Source: Patescibacteria group bacterium
GTDB lineage: Bacteria > Patescibacteriota > Patescibacteriia > UBA1558 > GWA2-36-10
Assembly: GCA_041650755.1 (NCBI GenBank)
Contig: JBAZKN010000003.1
Span: 86,466 to 150,465 of the forward strand
Direction: 5' to 3'
Length of the DNA stretch: 64,000 nucleotides
Within the stretch, counting starts at the first letter, position 1, and every line of letters begins with the position of its first letter. The position numbers were made by a program, and so were the translations under genes. Positions 59,277 to 64,000 of this stretch are shown one piece after another. A model generated the notes under the pieces. That model was not told the DNA's origin. It saw only the letters and a program-made list of their open reading frames with translations, and searched no databases.

Positions 59277-59780
59277 ATGCTAATATTTTTTTTAATTTTT
59301 ATTTTAGCTATTGCCGTGACTACCACCTATGCTCTGTTTAGTGGCATTGGTTGGGTGCCCACTCGCCAGGCGGATATTGATAGATTTTTGCGTCTAGCCG
59401 ATGTTGGGTCCAAGGAAAAAGTTTACGATCTGGGTTGCGGTGATGGACGTTTGGTAATCTCGGCCAGTAAGTTGGGTGCCGAAGCGATTGGTTTGGAAAT
59501 ATCCATTTTGTTATATATTGGGGCAGTACTTAGAAAATTTTTTTCCGGCAGTAAGGCTAAAATAAAGTTTGGTGATTTTTGGAGAGTTGACCTTAGACAA
59601 GCAGATGTAGTATATTTGTTTTTGATACCCCGGGTTTATAGCCGTTTAAAAAACAAATTAGAAAAAGAGCTAAAGCCTGGCGCCAAGGTCGTAGTCTTGG
59701 TTTGGCCGATTCCTGGTTGGCAGCCAAGTGTGGTGGATAAAATTATAGGTCGTCCGACTTTATATTTATATGTGAGATAG
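59277..59780 (+). CDS. Class I SAM-dependent methyltransferase with an N-terminal TM helix
   Basis: SAM-binding motif I VYDLGCGDGRLVI, followed by the acidic motif II region. The start is placed at MLIFFLIF, not at the ORF-track start, which would overlap tRNA-Leu. Confidence 0.6.
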   Translation: MLIFFLIFILAIAVTTTYALFSGIGWVPTRQADIDRFLRLADVGSKEKVYDLGCGDGRLVISASKLGAEAIGLEISILLYIGAVLRKFFSGSKAKIKFGDFWRVDLRQADVVYLFLIPRVYSRLKNKLEKELKPGAKVVVLVWPIPGWQPSVVDKIIGRPTLYLYVR

Positions 59781-59840
59781 TCTATTGGGTATATAGCTCC
59801 CGCCTGCGCCAAGGCTACGGCGGGCAGGCAGCTGCTTTTA

Positions 59841-59917
59841 GGGCACGTAGCTCAGCTGGTTAGAGCGCTACGTTGACATCGTAGAGGTCGGAGGTTCGAG
59901 TCCCCCCGTGCCCACCA
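59841..59917 (+). tRNA. tRNA-Val (anticodon GAC)
   Basis: Acceptor GGGCACG/CGTGCCC, D-arm GCTC-AGCTGGTTA-GAGC, anticodon stem-loop CTACG-TTGACAT-CGTAG, T-arm GGAGG-TTCGAGT-CCCCC and encoded CCA. Confidence 0.85.
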
Positions 59918-59926
59918 CTCGACTCC

Positions 59927-59947
59927 CCCGCACCATATGGTGCAGGG
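59927..59947 (+). repeat. Hairpin element copy 1 (cccgCACCATATGGTGcaggg)
   Basis: Palindrome GCACCATATGGTGC immediately after tRNA-Val. A near-identical hairpin recurs at 62728-62755. Confidence 0.5.
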
Positions 59948-60138
59948 TAGCCCATGGTCTTCGACAATTCAATGATTAATATATGCTGTTTGGTCGAGCA
60001 TCCGGAGCGAATCAGATAACTGGCGGATGAGCCGGAGGGCAGCTATATGTTTCAGGCTGCAAATGGTACGGCCTTTTTTGTTTGCCTTTACTTTTATGGA
60101 GTTAGATTTTATAATATAGATATAAATTTCATAAAACT

Positions 60139-60612
60139 ATGTTTAGCCTAAAAAAGAAAAATAAAACAGACAAGGAAAAAAAAGGAAATATTGAGATATC
60201 AGACGAATCGCCAGCTGATCAGGATGTGATTGACGCTATAAATGATCAGGGTGCATCGACAGAAGAAGAGGAGGGCCTGACTGAAGAAGGCCAGTTGTCA
60301 GTTGATGTTTATCAGGATAAGTCGAACATCATCATTCGATCTACTATAGCTGGGGTTGAGCCAGAAGATATTGATATTACTTTTGACAATGATATGATCA
60401 CTATCCGCGGTAAGAGGAAGAAGGACGCCAGTATTCGAGAGGAAAATTATTTTTATCAAGAGTGCTATTGGGGGAGTTTTTCCAGGTCAATCATTCTGCC
60501 AGTCGAGGTGCAGGCCGATAAAATAAAGGCTAGTATTCGCAATGGCGTTTTGACCATAGTTATGCCCAAAAGCCACAAGGATCTAAATATCAAAGTAGAG
60601 GAAGAAGATTAA
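60139..60612 (+). CDS. Hsp20/alpha-crystallin family small heat-shock protein
   Basis: 157 aa with an alpha-crystallin domain (LSVDVYQDKSNIIIRSTIAGVEPEDIDITFDNDMITIRG ... NGVLTIVMPK). Confidence 0.85.
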   Translation: MFSLKKKNKTDKEKKGNIEISDESPADQDVIDAINDQGASTEEEEGLTEEGQLSVDVYQDKSNIIIRSTIAGVEPEDIDITFDNDMITIRGKRKKDASIREENYFYQECYWGSFSRSIILPVEVQADKIKASIRNGVLTIVMPKSHKDLNIKVEEED

Positions 60613-60614
60613 CT

Positions 60615-60845
60615 ATGTTGGTAAAGAATTTATTGCTTACTTTTGACCATCAGGCTGATGGCCAAATATTTTTTCGCACCGACAATGGGGCGACAATTAG
60701 TCTGCCGGATTTTTTGTTTTCGGCCAGTTTGGAGCCGGAACAAAAAATTTATTTATCAGCTGATCTGATACCCATGGTCAACATCGAGGAAAATAAAAAA
60801 CAGCTGCTCAACGAGCTTTTGGGGGGTAATGATGATAAAAGCTAA
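60615..60845 (+). CDS. Hypothetical small protein (76 aa) translationally coupled to hsp20
   Basis: Begins 3 nt after the hsp20 stop and overlaps the next gene by 17 nt. No recognisable motif. Confidence 0.35.
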   Translation: MLVKNLLLTFDHQADGQIFFRTDNGATISLPDFLFSASLEPEQKIYLSADLIPMVNIEENKKQLLNELLGGNDDKS

Positions 60846-62715
60846 AGAATTATTAAAATCACGTCCAGAACATACTTTATTAATAGCTAAAATTGTTATC
60901 CTGCTTTTGGCTATTTTATTTTTTATTCTAGCTTTGTTATTTTTAGGCAACGCCATTATCAATAGCCGCTACCAAAATGTTTTTTTACCCGGAGTAAAAT
61001 TAGGCAGCGTTGATATAGGCAATTTGACCTATGATCAGGCCCAAAAGAAAGTTCAAGAAAGGGTCGATCAGCTGAATCAACGTGGCTTTGTTTATAGAGT
61101 GGGTGAAGATAAGGTGACGGTTTTACCCTTGGTATCTTCAGCTGAATCGGCTGACATCTCTTACTCGATAGTTACTTGGCATATAGAAAATAGTCTGGCA
61201 GCTATAAAAAATTGGCAGGTAAACAACAATCTGACCAATATGGCCAGTAAAGTTTTGGCTTGGCAGTTGGGCCGTGATTGGCCCGTGGCTTTTACTTTGG
61301 ATCAAGAGCAGTATCTAAAAATTTTGCAAGAAAACGTAGGCAGTTTTTTGCCAGCCAAACAAGAGGCCAGCTTTCACTTTGATGAGCAGGGGCTAGTCAT
61401 CACAGCGGAAAAGTCCGGGCAAACAATCATTTATCAAGAGGCGCTCAAAAAAACTTTGCCGCAAATAAAGTATTTGGGAGGCCCAGAAATAGAGCTATCA
61501 ATTATTGAGGATAAACCACAGATTACGACGCGCATTATTGAACAGCACCGCCAGTCTATAGAAAATATTGCCAGCCGCGGAGAATTTATCTTGACCTTTG
61601 AGGATCAATCTTGGTCAGTGGCTAGCCAGGATTGGCGTCAGTGGTTGCAGGTCGGGCTGGTCAATGAAAAGCCTCGACTGGTTTTTGATCCAATGGCAGT
61701 AGAAAAATATTTAGCGGTCAAAGGCATTAAAGAAAAAGTGGAAATACCCATGCAGGACGCTAGGTTTAAATTGGTTAATGGCAAGATGGCAGAGTTTATG
61801 GCCAGCAATGCTGGTCGAGGCATTGATTTTACCCAGACAACAGAGCTTATGAATCAGGCCGTCAAAGATAATGGTGCATTAAAGGCAGCTTTGGTTACCG
61901 TGATTATAGAGCCAAAAGTCATGAACAGTGACGTTAATGACTTGGGTATTAGCTCAATCATCGGTACGGGCGTATCGGATTTTAAAGGTAGTCCGGTCAA
62001 TCGCATTCATAATATTGGTGTGGGTGCTAAAACTCTTGATGGCATGCTGATTTCCCCGGGCGAGGAATTTTCTTTGGTGACTGCTTTGGGCGAAATAGAT
62101 GGTGAGCACGGCTACAGGCAGGAATTGGTCATCAAGGGCAACAAAACTACACCAGAGTATGGTGGCGGTCTGTGCCAGATCGGCACTACTGTATTTCGCG
62201 CAGCCTTGGGCACTGGTTTGCCAATTACTGAACGGCGCAATCATTCTTATCGGGTGGTTTATTATGAACCGGCTGGCATGGATGCTACTATTTATAGCCC
62301 CAAGCCGGACTTAAGATTTATCAATGATACGGGGCATTATATTTTGATTCAATCGCGCATTGAAGGGACTAAATTATATTTTGATTTTTGGGGAACGCCA
62401 GATGGTCGGGTAGCATCAACCACCAAACCAATTATCTATAATCAAGTTGCGCCGCCACCCAAGAAAGTGATCAAGACCACTGAATTGCCGGTCGGGCAAA
62501 CAAAGTGCACCGAAAGTGCTCATGCTGGGGCAGACACCAAATTTGATTATCTTGTCCAGTATTCGGGAGCGACTGAACCAGTTAAGGTAACTTTCTCTAG
62601 TCATTATGTGCCATGGCAATCGGTCTGTTTATTGGGTGCTACTCAAGAAGAAATTGACGCCGAACAAAGTGGCGGCACTACGGCTACTTCCACCAGCACT
62701 ACGACACCACAATAG
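60829..62715 (+). CDS. VanW-family protein with an N-terminal TM anchor and a C-terminal Thr/Ser-rich tail
   Basis: 628 aa. The C-terminal region GGGLCQIGTTVFRAALGTGLPITERRNHSYRVVYYEPAGMDATI matches the conserved VanW domain core. The tail ends GGTTATSTSTTTPQ. Confidence 0.65.
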   Translation: MMIKAKELLKSRPEHTLLIAKIVILLLAILFFILALLFLGNAIINSRYQNVFLPGVKLGSVDIGNLTYDQAQKKVQERVDQLNQRGFVYRVGEDKVTVLPLVSSAESADISYSIVTWHIENSLAAIKNWQVNNNLTNMASKVLAWQLGRDWPVAFTLDQEQYLKILQENVGSFLPAKQEASFHFDEQGLVITAEKSGQTIIYQEALKKTLPQIKYLGGPEIELSIIEDKPQITTRIIEQHRQSIENIASRGEFILTFEDQSWSVASQDWRQWLQVGLVNEKPRLVFDPMAVEKYLAVKGIKEKVEIPMQDARFKLVNGKMAEFMASNAGRGIDFTQTTELMNQAVKDNGALKAALVTVIIEPKVMNSDVNDLGISSIIGTGVSDFKGSPVNRIHNIGVGAKTLDGMLISPGEEFSLVTALGEIDGEHGYRQELVIKGNKTTPEYGGGLCQIGTTVFRAALGTGLPITERRNHSYRVVYYEPAGMDATIYSPKPDLRFINDTGHYILIQSRIEGTKLYFDFWGTPDGRVASTTKPIIYNQVAPPPKKVIKTTELPVGQTKCTESAHAGADTKFDYLVQYSGATEPVKVTFSSHYVPWQSVCLLGATQEEIDAEQSGGTTATSTSTTTPQ

Positions 62716-62727
62716 GTGATAAAAAAC

Positions 62728-62771
62728 AGCCCTGCACCGTATGGTGCAGGGCTGGATTATTTTCCCAGACA
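62728..62771 (+). terminator. Intrinsic terminator after the VanW gene (hairpin element copy 2)
   Basis: Perfect stem cagccctgcacc gtat ggtgcagggctg followed by GATTATTTTCCC. Confidence 0.6.
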
Positions 62772-62939
62772 ACTGTGCCCAAGAAAACCATTTCTTGAAT
62801 AAATTCAGCCAGAGCCAAATGAAATCAGAAAAATGATTCCCATGCTTGTCGTGGACACAGTTGCCTAGGAAAATAAGGCTTTTTAAGCTGCTTTTTTAGT
62901 TTTTGTTATGACCAGTCATAATAGCATAAGTTTTTTATC

Positions 62940-62968
62940 TTGTCAAGTGGAGACTAATTTGGTATAAT
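62940..62968 (+). promoter_or_regulatory. Consensus promoter TTGTCA-17-TATAAT upstream of rpmF, with a ~90-nt leader carrying a direct repeat (TCTGATAAT / TCAGATAAT)
   Basis: -35 TTGTCA at 62940-62945 and -10 TATAAT at 62963-62968. Confidence 0.5.
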
Positions 62969-63059
62969 ATCTGATAATGGGGGGAGAATTATCGTCCTTG
63001 ACCACTAATTTTTTTTCCGTTAGAATCAGATAATCTAATTTATTAAAAAATCACCATCT

Positions 63060-63251
63060 ATGGCCTTACCAACACAAAAAAGGACCAAGTCGTCAGCTCG
63101 TCGTCGGGCTTCGCACTTTGCCTTAAAGGTAAAAAGTAGCAACAAATGTTCAAATTGTGGTGCTACCATCTTACCGCACCGTGCTTGCAAAAAGTGCGGC
63201 CATTATAAAGGACAGAAAAAGACGCCCGCCAGAGGCGGAGTAAAAAAATAA
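63060..63251 (+). CDS. rpmF: 50S ribosomal protein L32 (zinc-ribbon type)
   Basis: 63 aa. MALPTQKRTKSSARRRASHFAL is the bL32 N-terminus. CSNCG...CKKCG is the zinc ribbon. Confidence 0.75.
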   Translation: MALPTQKRTKSSARRRASHFALKVKSSNKCSNCGATILPHRACKKCGHYKGQKKTPARGGVKK

Positions 63252-63254
63252 TAA

Positions 63255-64000
63255 ATGGCTAATCGTCACCTAGCTAGAACCATTGCCCTGCAAGCTTTAT
63301 TTGAGTGGGATTTTACTAATGCCGAACATGATGTTTTGGAAAGCTTAGAATATGATCAGAAAGAGTTTGCTCCTGATTTTGATGACCAGGGCTTTGCCTT
63401 GAATTTAGTTAGGCAGGTGATAAAGCACCGCAAGGAGATTGACAAGCTGATCATTAAGTTTGCACCCGAGTGGCCAATTGACCAGATTACCATGATTGAT
63501 CGTAATGTTTTGCGCATGGGTATTTATGAATTAAAGATTGATAATGAAATACCCCCTAAAGTAGCCATCAATGAAGCCATTGAGTTGGCCAAAGTTTTTG
63601 GTGGCGATGCCAGCGGCAAATTTGTCAATGGTGTTCTGGGCAGTATCTATAAAGAGATGATGGCTAAAGGAGAAAAACAGACCCTGGCCAGCCAAGGCAT
63701 AAAAGAGGTGTCAGCTGGCGGCATGATATACCGTCGGGCAGACGATGGTTATTATTTTGTCTTAGTGCTGGATGCTTATGGCAAGTGGACATTCCCCAAG
63801 GGGCACGTAGAGGATGGTGAGAGCCAAGAGCAGGCGGCTTTACGGGAAATAAAGGAAGAAACTAATTTAAAAAATCTCAAAGTTATTGATTATTTGGGGG
63901 AAACTGAGGTCAAGGTGCATAAACCAGATACTAAACCATTTCGTAAATTGATAAAATATTATTTAGTTGAAACGGTTGATTTGGAAATAAAAATTCCAGA
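63255..64000 (+). CDS. nusB: NusB antitermination factor fused to a C-terminal NUDIX hydrolase domain (partial; runs off the window end)
   Basis: The N-terminus NRHLARTIALQALFEWDF... is NusB-like for about 145 aa. From about aa 155 a Nudix domain follows, with the Nudix box GKWTFPKGHVEDGESQEQAALREIKEETNL (GX5EX7REUXEEXGU). It is one continuous frame with no stop codon up to position 64000. Confidence 0.7.
   Translation, partial: MANRHLARTIALQALFEWDFTNAEHDVLESLEYDQKEFAPDFDDQGFALNLVRQVIKHRKEIDKLIIKFAPEWPIDQITMIDRNVLRMGIYELKIDNEIPPKVAINEAIELAKVFGGDASGKFVNGVLGSIYKEMMAKGEKQTLASQGIKEVSAGGMIYRRADDGYYFVLVLDAYGKWTFPKGHVEDGESQEQAALREIKEETNLKNLKVIDYLGETEVKVHKPDTKPFRKLIKYYLVETVDLEIKIP

Noticed and set aside
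1-64000. CRISPR arrays, transposases, integrases and IS elements
   Set aside because: No regularly spaced direct repeats, transposase-like ORFs or integrase motifs were seen. This is so despite two GC-rich islets lying next to tRNA genes.

Overview
This window is a low-GC (roughly 35-40% by eye) bacterial chromosome segment. Its gene content resembles Candidate Phyla Radiation (Patescibacteria): compact genes, two glgA paralogs with a GH57 enzyme, a bactofilin, a RodZ-like protein, a T4SS-pilin-like family, and LTD/PKD surface proteins.

The window spans the replication-origin neighbourhood, with dnaN and dnaA on the minus strand diverging from rpmH-rnpA-yidD-yidC on the plus strand. It also carries:
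- rpoB-rpoC, ftsK, recA, ruvC-yebC and ruvA, a uvrB 5' end, a PBP1A gene and tyrS.
- An alpha-glucan (glycogen) locus.
- A surface-polysaccharide locus (galU, an O-antigen-ligase-like protein, a Wzx-like flippase and a sugar-binding protein).
- An operon of a CsoR-family repressor with trxA and trxB.
- gdh, rnhB and ssb, three tRNAs, hsp20 with a VanW-family gene, rpmF, and a NusB-NUDIX fusion that runs off the 3' end of the window.

The most striking sequence-level anomaly is five short single-gene islets that are visibly GC-rich (about 60% or more). They lie at about 20.46-21.34 kb, 43.30-44.09 kb, 50.75-51.20 kb, 54.71-55.02 kb and 58.60-59.14 kb. Each carries its own Shine-Dalgarno site, a near-consensus sigma70 promoter at the junction and a GC-clamped intrinsic terminator. 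Each encodes a small membrane, lipoprotein or zinc-ribbon protein with no family I can recognise. Two of them abut tRNA genes. These look foreign to the host, whether by horizontal acquisition, chimeric assembly or insertion of cassettes.

Other items worth a second look:
- A tandem array of four T4SS-pilin-like paralogs, one fused to a Cys-rich domain.
- A cell-surface protein with three lamin-tail domains and a PKD domain, next to ssb.
- An orphan promoter-to-terminator unit that may encode a small RNA.
- A repeated hairpin motif flanking the hsp20-VanW module.

No CRISPR array, transposase or integrase was seen. All coordinates and calls come from reading the sequence and the ORF track by eye. 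No searches were run.
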